A DNA stretch of 63,896 nt, filler included, from Rhabdomonas costata (lineage: Eukaryota), in assembly GCA_019059605.1 (NCBI GenBank). It is 40 parts of 40 records of this genome, joined end to end, with 100 filler letters (N's around TTAATTAATTAA, not from the genome) between each part and the next. Parts side by side here need not be neighbours in the genome. Positions count along the whole stretch, not along the records: positions 35,216 to 36,715 come from JAHMHO010014393.1; positions 36,816 to 38,315 come from JAHMHO010014394.1; positions 38,416 to 39,915 come from JAHMHO010014395.1; positions 40,016 to 41,516 come from JAHMHO010014396.1; positions 41,617 to 43,111 come from JAHMHO010014397.1; positions 43,212 to 44,705 come from JAHMHO010014398.1; positions 44,806 to 46,305 come from JAHMHO010014399.1; positions 46,406 to 47,905 come from JAHMHO010014400.1; 32 more parts are not named here. One strand, given 5' to 3'. A program made the position numbers and the translations under genes. Positions within the stretch are counted from its first letter, which is position 1; the number at the start of each line of letters is the position of its first letter. The notes under the pieces are model-generated. The model saw only the letters and a program-made list of their open reading frames with translations, did not search any database and had not been told where the DNA came from. Below, in pieces: positions 35,833 through 49,497 of the stretch.

Positions 35833-38800
35833 GTAATGCAGTCTTCGCTTCATTTTCTCCGACAGCATTATTCGTCTTATGGCGAAACCTTTCAATGCGT
35901 CTGATTACTATTGCGCGTTCCAGTGGTCCATGGCTTGCCAAACAGCGCACCCGCCTCCCATTCGAACCGAATCTGGCCAACAACACTGAAGCCAGGCAAA
36001 CGGCAAAGCGACTTCAAGATGCTGGAGTTTTTGTTGGCTAGTCTGTTGTCTGGTCGCGCCCTCACACACACACACGCCCATACGAACCTTTTCTATTGCG
36101 TAGCCATTTTACCGTGTGCTGCCATCTCTTCCTTCAAGTAATCGTTCTTTTTCCCATTACATCCCCTATCCCCTAGATGTCCTCAAGAGTTTTTACTCCC
36201 TCCTGCGCAGAAGCAGTCTAAACTTGGAAGCATGTTTTCCTTTGAACTGGCTTTGTCCAATCTGTAATTTATTGTGTGAAAATCGCGGAGAACCTCTTCC
36301 TTGTCCGTTTGCCTACGTGCGGAACAGTGGATACCTTTCTCTTCAAGGTCATTTATGGTCACGTGCACACCCCTGCGTTGTGGGTGGGGCACATTGTCGT
36401 CTGCTTTCCTTGTTTACTTGATTGTCTCCGTAAAAGTTCTGCCATTGTTCCGAACGTCGGACAATTGTGCTGCGATTGTGGTTGCTTTTCCTTGAGGTTT
36501 CAGGGTTCTCTATTCTCCCAGATGATATTGCAGCTCTTATTCTATCGCTCCTCTCCGCGCCATGCTCAAGTGCTTTGCATATGTTATTCCTATATCTACC
36601 TATCCACGTACCACCCCCTACAAGTTTGCTACCCCCCACCGTGCTCTTCTCCATCCTATCGTACTTCGCTTCTCTCTTGCCCCGGTTGCTCCCCCGGTTG
36701 TTCCTCCACAACCCCNNNNNNNNNNNNNNNNNNNNNNNNNNNNNNNNNNNNNNNNNNNNTTAATTAATTAANNNNNNNNNNNNNNNNNNNNNNNNNNNNN
36801 NNNNNNNNNNNNNNNGGGGTGGGGGGAACAGTGAGCGCAGAAGCTGAAAAGAGGAGACAAATGAGCATCTCCTGGATTGACTGCAAGGCCCGACTTTTCC
36901 TAACTTCAGCTGAATGGTGGACCAAAAAGGTCCAAAACCATCAGAACCTTCGGATTTAAAGCGCCTGATCTTCTGGGCCAGACCTCTGCACCCAAATGGT
37001 CATTAGTCGTCCAGTCTGCCTTTTTCTTGCACCATGAGTTCTGGAGGGAGCAGCGCTGGGAGGGGGCAGCTGTGAATTGTCTGCACAACACCCAGAAGTC
37101 GTGCTTCAAAAAACCTGTCCTTATCCGAAGTCCCGAAGGGAGAGAACTTTCTAAGTTCAAGGGTTGATACGGCACCCTGAAATGTTGTGTTGGGGCAGGC
37201 AATCGGCCAGAAACTCAACTTAGCACCTCCAGCCCCATTGGGCCTCCGCGGCCAGAACGACAACACACACACACATACACGCACAGACACAGACAGACAG
37301 AAAGAAAGGCTCTCTTCCGTGGCCAATTGCACTCAGGTTCTGCACGATGATACCTGCCTTCTCGCAGCGGGCAGCCAGAGCTCCACCTGCCAGGTCTGCA
37401 ACAGTAGAGGAGACGGGAGATGACCGGGTGACAAGTAGTGAGATGGATTTTTTGACTCTCGGAGAATAGAGAGAGAGAGAGAGGAAGGGGATGGTGAGAG
37501 CAGAGCCAGCATAGGAATCCGCGAACAAGGTAAGCGCGTGCACAAAATTCTGCACCACTCAGCTGATTCCTCTCGTTTTTGGTGGTCTTTGTCGATGATT
37601 ACGTTTGCCATGTGCTATTGCTGCTTTCTTTCTATGGCCCTTGTGCCGCCCCAGTGCTGCTGGTACCCAATGCACCATGTGCGGGTGGTGATTTTCTTTA
37701 CTGTGTTCTCGTCTTCCCGAACAGCGTATGGGCAACCTGATCCAGGATTCCCAGACCATGTGCGAGATGCTCTTCGATGAGTCCTACCGCTACGAGCCTG
37801 TGTGGGAAAAGGCCTACTCGTTGTGGCCCACTTCCGCGGCGGTATTGTTTTGCACCATCGTGGCTTTCTATATTTTTTTTCTTTGCTGTGGGATTCAGCA
37901 CTCGTGAATCCTATGCTTGGCCTCGTGGGCGGGCATTTCTGTGGACCTTTCCCGCCCCCTCTACCTGCGTCAGATACTGTGTCCGCAAACACCCTTCCCA
38001 GACTTTGCGTATATTTTCCGTTTCCTGTCCCGCACTGTGTATGCGTACTGCGTCATTCGTCACTCGTCACTCGTCACCCTCTCCGTGTCCTCTTCTTGTT
38101 GTCTTGGTCCAATGATACTTTGGGGGGAGGATTGTGATGACCGGTGACCACGGAAAGGAGTTCAGGAGGGAAGTGCACGCATCCCCGTTTGCAAGGGGCT
38201 CCCAAATTGGTGCCTTGGCCCCTTTTTGCCTCTGTTCTTCCCTTTCTTTCCTTCCCTTCCCTTCCCTTTTCATTTCGTACACCCTGCTAAACTGTCAGCT
38301 GCCTCTGAGGGCAGTNNNNNNNNNNNNNNNNNNNNNNNNNNNNNNNNNNNNNNNNNNNNTTAATTAATTAANNNNNNNNNNNNNNNNNNNNNNNNNNNNN
38401 NNNNNNNNNNNNNNNTGTGTTTGTGTATGATTAACATGGTCAATGACATCAGAACTTTGGATAATGAGGAGTAATGTAATGTCTGGTGGCGGATTATGTT
38501 CTGCGTGTGAGACGAAGGTGCGTGTGAGTGAGTGAGTGTGAGTGTGTGTGTGTGTGTGTGTGTTTGTGTGCTCACGTCTTATCGTTGGGAGGTTGGGAGT
38601 GGCATGTTGCTTGTTATTGCAATTGGTTTGTGACAGCCAGTGGACGCTGGGCACTTCGTGCTGTGGAATTGCAATGTGGAATTTGTGTTTTGCACAAAAC
38701 GGGTTGCATTTAGGAAAACACTGCCTTGCTGGATCACCTCCAATAACCAATAATACGTTCAACCCGCATGGCGCAGCGAAGATTAACTCCAGCACACTGT

Positions 38801-39566
38801 TCTGTAAAGAGGTTTCATTTTTCCTAGCTACCTTCAATCGCTAATTGTCGCGATCTTGTATACTTCACCCATGAAGTGGGACTCCCCCACCCGCCCTATT
38901 TCTTTTGTAGCCCCCCGAGCCTACTGTTCCTCGGAGTAGCTTCGAGAAGGTTCTGCTGCTTCCGAAGCTTAGGCCTGCGGCTTCCCCACAGGTTTGGGGG
39001 GTTGCGGGGTTGTGCTTTCGCCCTGAATTGCAGAGTTGGCTTTGTTGTACTGTAATTTATGTATTGAAGTCCTTTTAAGTTGCTTCTGAGGTCTTTCTTC
39101 GGCGGAAAGGACTACAACAGTGCTCGTGTCTTTTTTGCGGTGAGGAAAAGGAGTTTGGAAGTCTGCTCTGGTTCATTGGAGTAATTTTTTCACTTACGTT
39201 TGCGTACATACAAGTGCAGAGATGGGGCCGTGACTCTGTGATGACAGCTCAGCCTTAACTCAAATGCAGAGTTTAGCCCTTCATTATGCACGACTTTTTA
39301 CGGGTACTGAGGGTGCTGAATTTAAGCGGTGTTGAAGTCCATGCGTGCAGTCGTGTGGTGTGATTGGCAAAGGGATTTTGGCGAGGGACATGTTCTTTTT
39401 GCAGTTCGTTCCGTCGTCGAAGATGGTCATCAGCAGTGCAACGGACTACCTCTCCCGCACATCCACGACATAAAGGGCTTTTTGTGCTGCTTATTGAGTG
39501 CCCGCCGCCTTTGAAATGGCTTGTTTGTGTGTATCTTTTGCATGTCTGCGCTTCCAAGCGCATTGT

Positions 39567-39915
39567 TGCGTACGTGCCATTTGTGTCTTTGTCGTACACC
39601 ATGACTGATTTGTTGGCTGCTGTGTGCCCTGCCAATCAGTGGCTGTGGGCTGCGTTTGTGCTGTGCCTGACTTTGGTTAAATCGGGTCACCGATAAGGTC
39701 ACCCAAATTGTCATGAAATAATTCACTTTGGTCAGCTTCCCTGTCCTTTATATTTTGAGCTAACGGGGGTTCGGTTGACTCATCGGGATCCGACATCTTG
39801 CAAGGGGAAGCGAGTGGATCACATTAAGTACCTTTGATTGCACTGATTGGCAGGGCACACAGCAGCCAACAAATCAGTCATGGTGTACGACAAAGACACA
39901 AATGGCACGTACGCA
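39567..39915. repeat. ~75-bp terminal inverted repeat (39567-39641 / 39841-39915)
   Basis: Exact reverse complement ending at the contig end. Confidence 0.85.
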
Positions 39916-40722
39916 NNNNNNNNNNNNNNNNNNNNNNNNNNNNNNNNNNNNNNNNNNNNTTAATTAATTAANNNNNNNNNNNNNNNNNNNNNNNNNNNNN
40001 NNNNNNNNNNNNNNNTTTGGGGCGAGGGAAGGTCCAGAGAAGGTCATCGAGCAAATGTGGGTGGATTGGGTGTGTGTTTCAGAATCGACTGTGACTTGAA
40101 GGGCCCGCTCACTGTGTGTGTTGGGTGCATTGCGCGCTGGCTGTTGCCTGATTGCCTGGTTCCTTGGTTGTTGGTGGCCACTGCGGACTCACGGGCGCAC
40201 GTGCGGTTGGCCACGGGTGCTCGCGAGGTGCCGTTGGAGCGAGCGGTGCTGTGGGGAACCGGAACCGGCTCATTGCCGAACGTTCCACATAGGGTAATCT
40301 CTCTTCTGCCACACGGGTCCGGTCCAGGGCCATTGTCGCGCAGCTGCTCTTTTCCAGCGGCAGCCTGCATTGCTCCATTGCTGCTCAGGTCTCTGCGACT
40401 CCACACTCCTTTCCTGGGGGGTTGGGGCCATTTCTCGTGGGAGCGACCCTTGGAGCTTCTCCTTCGAATGGGTGAACGGGCAGAACGGGTGTCAAGAGGC
40501 GTTGCCATGCCAGCAGATCACACTATAGTTGCGCTGGAGGCAACTCCTCACCTCTTCCGAACGTCTTGCACCCGACTTCCGCTGAACCTCCAGAACCTCG
40601 AGGTCTCTGAATCTTTGCACTTCAAGCACAGAGAGCGTTGTTCAGAGTGTATGCCTGACACACTGCCCAACCAACCCATCAACGTCCACTCACACCACTA
40701 CGCCCCACAATTAAGCACAAGC

Positions 40723-41455
40723 CTTGCAGGGACTTGATCTGGCCTTCCAGCTCGGCGACCTCTGGGTCCGGGATCTCCGCGCTGCACATTGCGTCGCTGC
40801 GCTCCACGCGCTCCAGAGCCCACTCCAGCTTCACCTGTGGGCCAACCCGCCAGGAACAGAGCAGCCTCCCGAATTTTCCCAGGCCTCACCAGCCATTGTC
40901 GGGAGCAGGGCGATGTGTCCACTGTACATTTACAGATGAACGCTTGCCGTCCTTCGATTAGCGGTGGGACCAGGATAATCTTACTCTGTTCAGGATGCAA
41001 GCCCGGTGTCATCTCGTCAACTACTAGACGTGCACCGAAAGGGTGATTTCCCACCCAAACATCCCATCCCATCGATTACAAAGTTGTGCTCTGGGTTCCC
41101 GAACGGAAAAATCACACACACAAACTCAAACCCCAGCCTTCTTTCACATTAAATGACCCTGAGCCAGTCGATTTCTTTTCGTCCCTTCTTCCAACGAAAA
41201 CAACATGGGTCGGACAATGCTGTTTCTAAAAGTAATGGGAGGAAAGGATGTGAGCACCCTCTCACACCCAGACGATATGGTTCATGTGATTCACCCGTTC
41301 GTGCAACACCACAAACACAAACACAAACACACCGCCTTCTCTCGATCAGAAAACTTCTTGATCAGCTGGTTGTGCTTCTTGGCATTCTCCCACAGGACGA
41401 GTTCTTCAAGGCCACTGCAGAGGCTTTGCAGAAGACAAAGGTACACCTCCTCGAG
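40723..41455 (-). CDS. Coiled-coil-like protein fragment; exons ~41455-41333 and 40834-~40723
   Basis: LEELVLWENAKKHNQLIKKFSDREKA|VKLEWALERVERSD...VAELEGQIKSLQ joined in frame by a GT-AG intron. Confidence 0.55.
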
Positions 41456-42819
41456 TTTGCCAGGAAGAACTCGTCCTGTGGGAGAATGCCAAGAAGCGCA
41501 AAGAACATACACAAACNNNNNNNNNNNNNNNNNNNNNNNNNNNNNNNNNNNNNNNNNNNNTTAATTAATTAANNNNNNNNNNNNNNNNNNNNNNNNNNNN
41601 NNNNNNNNNNNNNNNNGTGGTTGGGGGGCATCCCTTTGGAAGTCTACCGTGCTCTGTGGAGCAGAGTTTCTGCCGGATCGGCACAAGCGATTGGTCGTCA
41701 GCTCAGGGTGGTTCCTCTGCTTGTTTCAATTAGATCGGCTCTGCCAGACCGTAAACTGTGGCCTCCCACTCCCGCTCGCGATTCTTTGGCTAGCATTCTT
41801 GCTCTCCTCTTCCCGTCTCCTTTGTGGTTTTCCTTCCGCCGCCCTTCTCCCTCCCATATGGAGGTCTACTTCTTCTCTTGCTGTCGGATGCTTTTTTGGA
41901 AGCTCTTCTACCTTGTGCATTAGTGTAAGCAGATCAGCACCGTCATCATCATTTAACCGTTATTGTTTCCCCCGGCACTCACCGCCCACGACACTCCGTC
42001 CACACATCTCACGGACATCCGCATAGCAACATTCTTCAACCAACCCCCTCACACCAGCTTTCCTTGCTCTTTTTCTTTTTTTGAACACTATAACTACATC
42101 TTCCTTCGTACCTCTTTCTGATTCGCTTGCGCCTCACGGTTTCTCTGCTCAGTGGGCCAATGTACGCTGAGCAATTGTTGCTGCGACTGACTCTTTCAGA
42201 GTTAAAAAGTCAAAAACAAGAAGCGCCATTGTCCAAACCATATTGAGGTTTCCGACAGCAAGGAAGCAGGGGTGAGGGCGAAGCCGAAGCGGGCCCGGGG
42301 TCTTTTGTATATGCCGTGGTTCACTCAAAACCCTGCGTATGACCCTGCAGCCAAAGGCCGGTACCCAGCCCCTTGGAGGCCCTTTCCTTTCTGACAGCAT
42401 CTACCAAGGCTTACGAAAGGCACAGAACAAGTTGAGCCTCTCACCAACCACTTTCGTGGCCTGGGGGTGGCATAGACGGATGAGTGGTTGAGTGGGGGGC
42501 TCGCGCATATAATCGTCAGAGCCAGAGCATAGCCCCGTACCCCGCAGCTCAGCTGCTCAGCATCAACCCGCAGTTTCGAACAAAATCACCCACAAGGAGA
42601 GCAACGCGAGACATCACCTTCGCGGTGAAAGAATAGGCTTTTCTCCCGTGAACTGCTTTTCATGCATGCAACACTCTAGCTTGTACCATTTTTTCAACAT
42701 CGGTACGAAAAAGGTATCACAAGCTGACGTCTCGTGATTGCAGCTCCTCCAGGTTTGCTGCAGGGGACCACTCTCAATGTTGGTCATATGCCCAGCGCTG
42801 ACCTGGGGCCCTCCTGGCA

Positions 42820-43105
42820 CGGATGCAACGCTTCTTCCCCCAACCTCGTTAGCTTGATCGACGAGTCACTGGACGTCGACACAACCATCCGCGACGGTCA
42901 AGCTAAGGCATCGCCGTCTTTGCCCTCTTCCAGCGCATGTGGCGCTCCACACTCGTCTCCGTCCGGTTCGAGGCGCAGGTGTACCACGCTCTCGTCCGCC
43001 GACTGCCCTATTTGGAGCCGAGACATGGACGCTCATCGCCAGCCAAGAAGGACCCGGTCTTTGTCGCCGAAATGAGATGGGTACGCAAGATGGCTGGCAT
43101 GACCA
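42820..43105 (+). mobile_element. Frameshifted non-LTR retrotransposon relic (RTE-like, C-terminal to RT)
   Basis: Across frames: F.NLVSLIDESLDVDTTI..QAKA / VFALFQRMWRS..VSVRFEAQVYHALV / PTALFGAETWTL / VAEMRWVRKMAGMT, resembling YLGS...EI..RI.KA..AF..L..IW...K..LY...LLYGAETW...EM..LR.I.G. Confidence 0.75.
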
Positions 43106-43211
43106 CAACACNNNNNNNNNNNNNNNNNNNNNNNNNNNNNNNNNNNNNNNNNNNNTTAATTAATTAANNNNNNNNNNNNNNNNNNNNNNNNNNNNNNNNN
43201 NNNNNNNNNNN

Positions 43212-44353
43212 CCACAGCGAGGAGGAGGCGGTGGGGTGCTGCGTAGGCATCCAGCTGGCGCTTCTGCAGCAGCCGTGGCCCGAGGGCCTGCTACAGACGG
43301 AGCCCTGCCAGCCAGTACCCACGGAGGAGGGCTCGTTCCTGTGGCGTGGTCGCTACCTTTGCCTTTGCCTTTTTTTCCTGTCGTTGTTCTTCGTTGACCA
43401 GAGACCTCTGGCGTAGCGTCGCTATTGACGCCGTGGATAGCGTACGCTATTCATGACTAGCGTTCGCAACTGACGGCTGAGTAGCGTCCGCTGCGGAAAA
43501 ACTTCCGAACCTGATCGCCATATAGTACTACCTGGATTTCCAACAGAAGGCCAGTGCGAGGTTGGGAATTGGTACACGTACAGGGTTTTCCCAGCGCGTA
43601 AAATGCTTCCATGCAATCACGGAACCCCCGGGACAGATTCTTTTCGCGCGAAGGCCAGCGCCGCGGCGCGGCCTGAGCCAAACACCGGAGCGCCGTTCAC
43701 GTAACTCTGAATTGCAACAGAACCCCAGCACGGGGTTAGGGGTGGGGCACGGTTAGTCGTTAGCCGCAAACCGCTTCGATGCAATCAAGGAACCCGTTAG
43801 GTACCGTCAGGTCCGTTCCGAAGTTTTTGCGAACTATTGATGAACTATTGATGAATAGCGGGGGGAGGGGTACGAAAGAGTCCAAGACCCGCAAGGTTGT
43901 CATTTGCCGTCAAACACGCACAATATACACAGGGATGCGGATCAGGCATGCTTGCGTGGGGTGGGGCATTAGTAGTCACGAACCAATCGGATACTGTGGA
44001 CTCAATGCTCTTCGCAGTGTTTTGGATGTACCTCTTATACCTTTTGCGGGACGATTAACACTTGTATATTCGATTGCTATTTTTCTTTCTGAATGAGCGC
44101 CGGTGATTCGCGGCGGGGTATCTCAGGACTTCGGGTGAGGATGGGGTTGCAAGTCGGTGAGCCTGAAGTGGTCGTAAACCATTCCACGAACCGCGTGGAC
44201 TACTTCGGGTCCATGGTGAACGAGGCAGCTCGGGTGGAGTCGCGGGCGCATGGCGGGGAGATCTGTCTGACCCAGGACGTGATGAGTATGATCGGTAGGG
44301 CTCGAAGTTATGAGGAGTGGGTGGTGAAGTTCATTGGCGAGCAGTTCTTCAAG
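43212..44353 (+). CDS. Class III adenylyl cyclase catalytic domain; exons 43212-43348, 44127-44353
   Basis: IQLALLQQPWPEGLL...LWRG|LRVRMGLQVGEP...RVDYFGSMVNEAARVESRAHGGEI. Confidence 0.93.
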
Positions 44354-44989
44354 GTCTGCCCCCCTTCACCACATTTGGTGATTAGTTGAAGATGTGCTCA
44401 CCTATATCTCGGTTATTGGTCTTCATTTTTTGGGTGTGCGGTATGCCCTAAAGTCAGAACGGCATGCAGTACAACACTTGGCCACACGGGTGGGTTTTAA
44501 CTCAAAGTTCACACACTGTTTCGCATCAGAAGGTGAACAAGTAGCCCGAAAAACACAAAACAAACCATGCACTGCTGTTGAACCGTTTTCAGGGAAACTC
44601 TTCGGGATTATTACAAACCGGGTGCCTAGGCAACCGTGTTTTTATCGCTCAAACCGAATTTCGAGTGTGTATCTCGCCATAAGTTCGCTGTCTTTTGGGT
44701 TGCAGNNNNNNNNNNNNNNNNNNNNNNNNNNNNNNNNNNNNNNNNNNNNTTAATTAATTAANNNNNNNNNNNNNNNNNNNNNNNNNNNNNNNNNNNNNNN
44801 NNNNNGAGGGTTGTATGGACTTGGATGCGCGAGTTAGAGAGAGAGAGAATGCGGGCTGATCGTCGTGCTGACTCAGTTATACGCTCACACGTCTCGAGTT
44901 TCCAAAGAGATCCAGAAGACCAAATGACGGTATGCGCGCTTGACAGCAAGAGGCGGAAAGGAGCACAGGGAGGGGGGGGGCGCCCCAAC

Positions 44990-46303
44990 CCTGTGCTTTG
45001 CTGTCTCCGTGCATTTGATCTCCGCCTGAGCCTGCACGCTGTTCAGGGTGTGGACCTCCTTTGCCGTGGCTAGACGGATCACCTTGGGGTACACCGGGTC
45101 CCCAGTCAAGGGGTCAATATCGTTGCCCGAGCTGTTCCGGTTCGCTGCCAGGCTGTTGTTGACCACTGGAGGAGCACTGGTGGGCCCTACCCAGGCATGT
45201 ACACACATGCCAAGGTCCTCCCCGTTGTCCCCCTCGCAGATGAAGTACTCCCCTGAGAGAACGGCGGGTGAAAGAAGTAACAGACTACACCGTGGAACAT
45301 CTGAATAAAACGAAGGCCTGACAGTCATCAAGCCTGCTTCCATACCCAACGATGAATGTAATAAGCAACCTAACGAACCACCCTTGATCCTGGACTCGAA
45401 CCTAAAACACATTTAGTTGACCCCTTGTTTTTTTGGGAAGGGTTCAGGTTCAGGGGTCTTCGTCCCCCAGCAAAAAGATGCGAGAGCGAGGCAGCAACTC
45501 AACCTGGCTGTGGCATGAACGTCGACTGGAACTGCACAGTGCGGCCCCTCTTGAACTCTCCCAGAACATAGATCCTTGTCGGTCCCGACCCTTGGGTTGC
45601 AGAAGCGGAGCCCGCAGTGACCGAGGGGGAGGCCCCCTCCGAGGTCGAGGGGGCAGCAGCCACCTCTGAGCTTGCTGCAGCCGTGGCAGCAGTGGAGCTG
45701 CTGCTCGTGGTGGCCGTGGTGTTAGGAGAGACGGAGGTTGCGACGGCGGAGGCTGCAGCGGTGGAAGGAGAGGCAGGCACCGGGCTCGACGAAAGAGAGG
45801 ATAGGGCATAGCCTGCCTGCGCGTACGAGGCAGGCGAGTACTGCCCCAGCTGAGATAGGTAGGCATAGGGCACAGCGACTTGAGGGGAGTACGGGGAGGC
45901 GGCCATCGCCAGCTGGGGAGAGGCGACTGGGTAAAGGTACTGAAGCTGAGCCAGAACCTAGCAGGAAAAGGAAATCAGTAACTTTATTCGTGCAACCGAG
46001 AAAATGAACGGAAAAGCAGAAATTTTACATTCGTATCGCACCCAGGAACGCACGAGCACCTGCATAGGGTTCTCACAGGCTTGGAGCTGGTTGAACTGAT
46101 AGGAGAGGTTGGTCTGAGAGATCTGTTGGTGCTGCGGTGTGGGCTGCAGCGAGGGCGGGAGGTGGTCCTGAGGGGTGAACAGCGCTGCGGTGGGCGTTGG
46201 CATCGTCGGGGTCAGCACCTGCTGCAGCGCAGAGCTGGCCCCTGGGGTGCATGGGACGTGAATGGGGGTGCCCAGCGAGGTGGCCAGCCCAAGGTTCTGC
46301 AAA
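44990..46303 (-). CDS. PSP1-domain protein with Q/P/S/A-rich N-terminal region; exons ~46303-46060, 45957-45504, 45252-44990
   Basis: YVLGEFKRGR...|GEYFICEGDNGEDLG...KVIRLATAKEV...QAQAEIKC; all joins in frame. Confidence 0.82.
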
Positions 46304-49300
46304 CANNNNNNNNNNNNNNNNNNNNNNNNNNNNNNNNNNNNNNNNNNNNTTAATTAATTAANNNNNNNNNNNNNNNNNNNNNNNNNNNNNNNNNNNNNNN
46401 NNNNNGTGTGTGTGTGCCGTGGCTGCAACGATTGCTTTGGTTTGAAAGAATGAAAACCAAAAAAAAAAAGAAGCTTTTGTTCGTTGCCTTTTGTGGGTTG
46501 CTTGTGTTCCTAATGCGAAAGAGGTTCACGTGGAAAGGTAGCTCGTTCTAGCCTTTCAGTGATTTCACTTTGGCTTTTTTTTTTGCTGTTTGTCGGTCAA
46601 GATGCCTAAATGTGCTCTCCAAGCGACGGCTGGTTTTTCCGGACTAGTTGGTCGTGCCAGTTGGTCGTGCCGCGCTGGAAGGAAAACTCGCGCCCAAACT
46701 TCCTGCCCCTTGGGTAAGGAGTGCCAGAATTTTCTTTGTACCACCAGCTGAGTTCCTGTTAGCACATCGTGTTGAAATGTTGGCAATGAGTTCCGCATTT
46801 CGCCACAACGCAACACGGGGACACTTTTTTGGGTAGTAGTTTTGCGCTTTTACCCCATGAGTGAGTACACGGTACAATCCTATCGCACTGAATAGGCAGC
46901 AGCCCACTGCGATCCACGATGACTTATTGTTTGCCTTCGGTGTCCATGATTGATTGTTCCCGTGCTTGAGCGCCGTCGTGGGAAACTTTCTTCCGTGTTT
47001 TGCAGAAGCAGCTTGCTCTTCTGCCCTTTTCTTCACTCCTCTCCCCCGCCACACGTGCTCGGAGAATGACCTTCTATACTCACAACCCGTATAGCCTCGA
47101 AGGTGTGTGTCACCAGCTTGCATTCATTCTTTGCCTTCTCGCTTACGTATTGCGATGTCAGTGTTCCCAACGTTTAAGGCCTTCGCTTTCTCCTCTTTTC
47201 TCCAATAGGTTTGCTGTGGTTTGCGTCGGAACACCCTTCCGTCCGTAGCCGGTACGCAGGATGCCCAATCACTCGCTATGGATGAATTTTTTCCCTCTTT
47301 TGTTTTGGGTTCTGGGGGAGGAAGAATTCACTCACCTGCTCAACTCACCACCTCACCACGTCATCTGTCAGCCTTCACCACCAACGAACAAAGCTATCCC
47401 CATCCACCCCAGAGGACACACACACGTCAGTTCACAGGCATCGCCAACAGCCAGGCTCCCACGCGCACAAAAAAGGGGCACACGCACAAAAAAAAAGGGG
47501 GGGGGTGCACTGAATTCTGCTTCACCCCACTTCACCCCAGGCAGGAGCCGAGGGAATGCGGTAAAGGGCTCCTATCGTGAGTCGAACTGGTCCTTTCTGA
47601 TGCAATCTTTGGTGCACTTGTTGTGAGTCGCCACTTCCCCGACTGTGGCTGCATTTAGAAGAGTCAATGCTATGTGGTGCCGTCGTCTCCATAATTGCGT
47701 CGCATCACGTCTATCGCCGAACTGCATCTCAGGTGTCCTAAGTTATCACCTGCATGCGTCGAACGAAAAAAATCTGGCTTCAAAAGTTCGTCTCAGCGCC
47801 CACTGAAGATACGTTCCTCAGGTTAGCATTTAATGACCCAATCCATGGAAAGGAAGTAAGCTCGGGAAAGTAGGCTCTTACTGCGAGCAATCGCAAAAAA
47901 AAAAANNNNNNNNNNNNNNNNNNNNNNNNNNNNNNNNNNNNNNNNNNNNTTAATTAATTAANNNNNNNNNNNNNNNNNNNNNNNNNNNNNNNNNNNNNNN
48001 NNNNNGTGTTGGGTGTGGTTGGGTTTTGTGGGGGCAATTCCGCCAGGATGGCCTCTTGCACTTTTATTCCGGACCCTGTCCCTGATTTGGCGCGGCCTAA
48101 AGTTCAGGATAAACGCCAACCTGAAACGGCCAGCTCTAAACTAGCTCCAACAAAGCCGCCCTGTACTACGCCATGGAAATCGCGGGCGGATGAGCCCGAC
48201 GAAATGCAAGAGGGACAATGCGAGCAGTGTCGGTGATAAATACATCAAAAAGAGCAAAAACAAAAAAGAGCACAAAAGATGGTACCTGTGGACCTCCACA
48301 TACGCAGGTACCAGTAACTTACAAGAGAAGACCAAGGCACCACCACAATTCTAGACAATCTGTTGCACCAACACCCTTCATGCTTTGAGCTCAAACATTC
48401 GCCGAGACAGAGACGTGCGTACATGGAGTTGTGAGGCTAGAATTTGATCACATAACTGTCATCCATTACCACCAGAGCAAACCACTCAACCGTTTGAAAG
48501 CGTCCCAAATATATGAACATCTTGATTGTTGCCAATTATTTTTGAAAAATAGGAATCAAAATACATCGCTTTGTGTTGCGTGTGTGTTGGATAACGCTGT
48601 TGTTAAGCTTGCTGCGCTTTTTTGCCATAAAACCGCCCACAAACCGTGAGCAACCGAGCGCTTTTTTGAACTAAAACAGCCAACAATCAGTAAACGATTT
48701 AGCGAAACATGAATAATAACAGTACAAAAAGCGCGCAGTTACTGGGTTTCATTTTTATGCAAAATTAGCAAAGCATACAACGCGCCTTGCTTTTTTTTTT
48801 ATGTGCACAACGTGCACTATCTATACACAGCCAAATGCTGTGCGACTTACTGTGCCATATTTTATTGGTACAAAAATGTTCCAAAATGTCGGCTGTCTAA
48901 TGGACCGCTCGACCACCACCTCGAACCTGATGTGCGGCATAAATGTAAAAGCCGAGTTGCCAAGTTGAAGCGCCGCCATAACAGTGGATGCATTGAGAAA
49001 TTAATTAATGATCTCTACATTGCGCTGTATTGTATTCAAAAGACTGACTGGAGTACCTCTTCTAACACCACTATATTGGATCCCTACGCATTACTGCCTC
49101 AGTCACTCATATTCACTCTTCTAGTGGACCAATGGAATCAAGCAAAGATGGGATTGGAATTAATACATCTAGTGAGTAACATCTGAGCGTATTCAATGAT
49201 CACACTTTTCACTCCGTTTGATCCACCTCTGTCACGGTTAAGCTCACACTTCTTACACGGTTCCCTACACATAATCACGTTTACGTTCACCCATAGAAGA

Positions 49301-49396
49301 ATAAAAGCGTCGGTCTCGACAGCATCTGCTTTGTGTAATTCCCTAAATTTAGGTTTGGGGGTCATGTGTATCACATGTAGACATTTGGCCGTGGCT

Positions 49397-49497
49397 GGGA
49401 CCGCCTATTCTCGTTTCTTTCACTAGGTATGGATGGCATGCCTCGTACCAAGACATGCCATCCATACCTAGTGAAAGAAACGAGAATAGGCGGTCCC
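49397..49497. repeat. Terminal hairpin (~44-bp stem), probable fold-back artefact
   Basis: gggaccgcc...ggcatg / catgcc...ggcggtccc followed by a C/A tail. Confidence 0.85.

Noticed and set aside
35376..36041. 221-aa ORF from the track (and similar long ORFs such as 40057-40737, 25912-26511)
   Set aside because: No coding bias or motifs; chance frames, or antisense/alternative frames of real exons
40600..40730. Possible GC-AG intron after ...IKSLQ (caag|gcttgt)
   Set aside because: A GT donor lies 4 nt downstream and the next exon cannot be fixed; ambiguous
46406..49390. Contigs examined for genes or RNA genes
   Set aside because: No supportable exon, tRNA, rRNA or repeat family seen; likely intronic or intergenic
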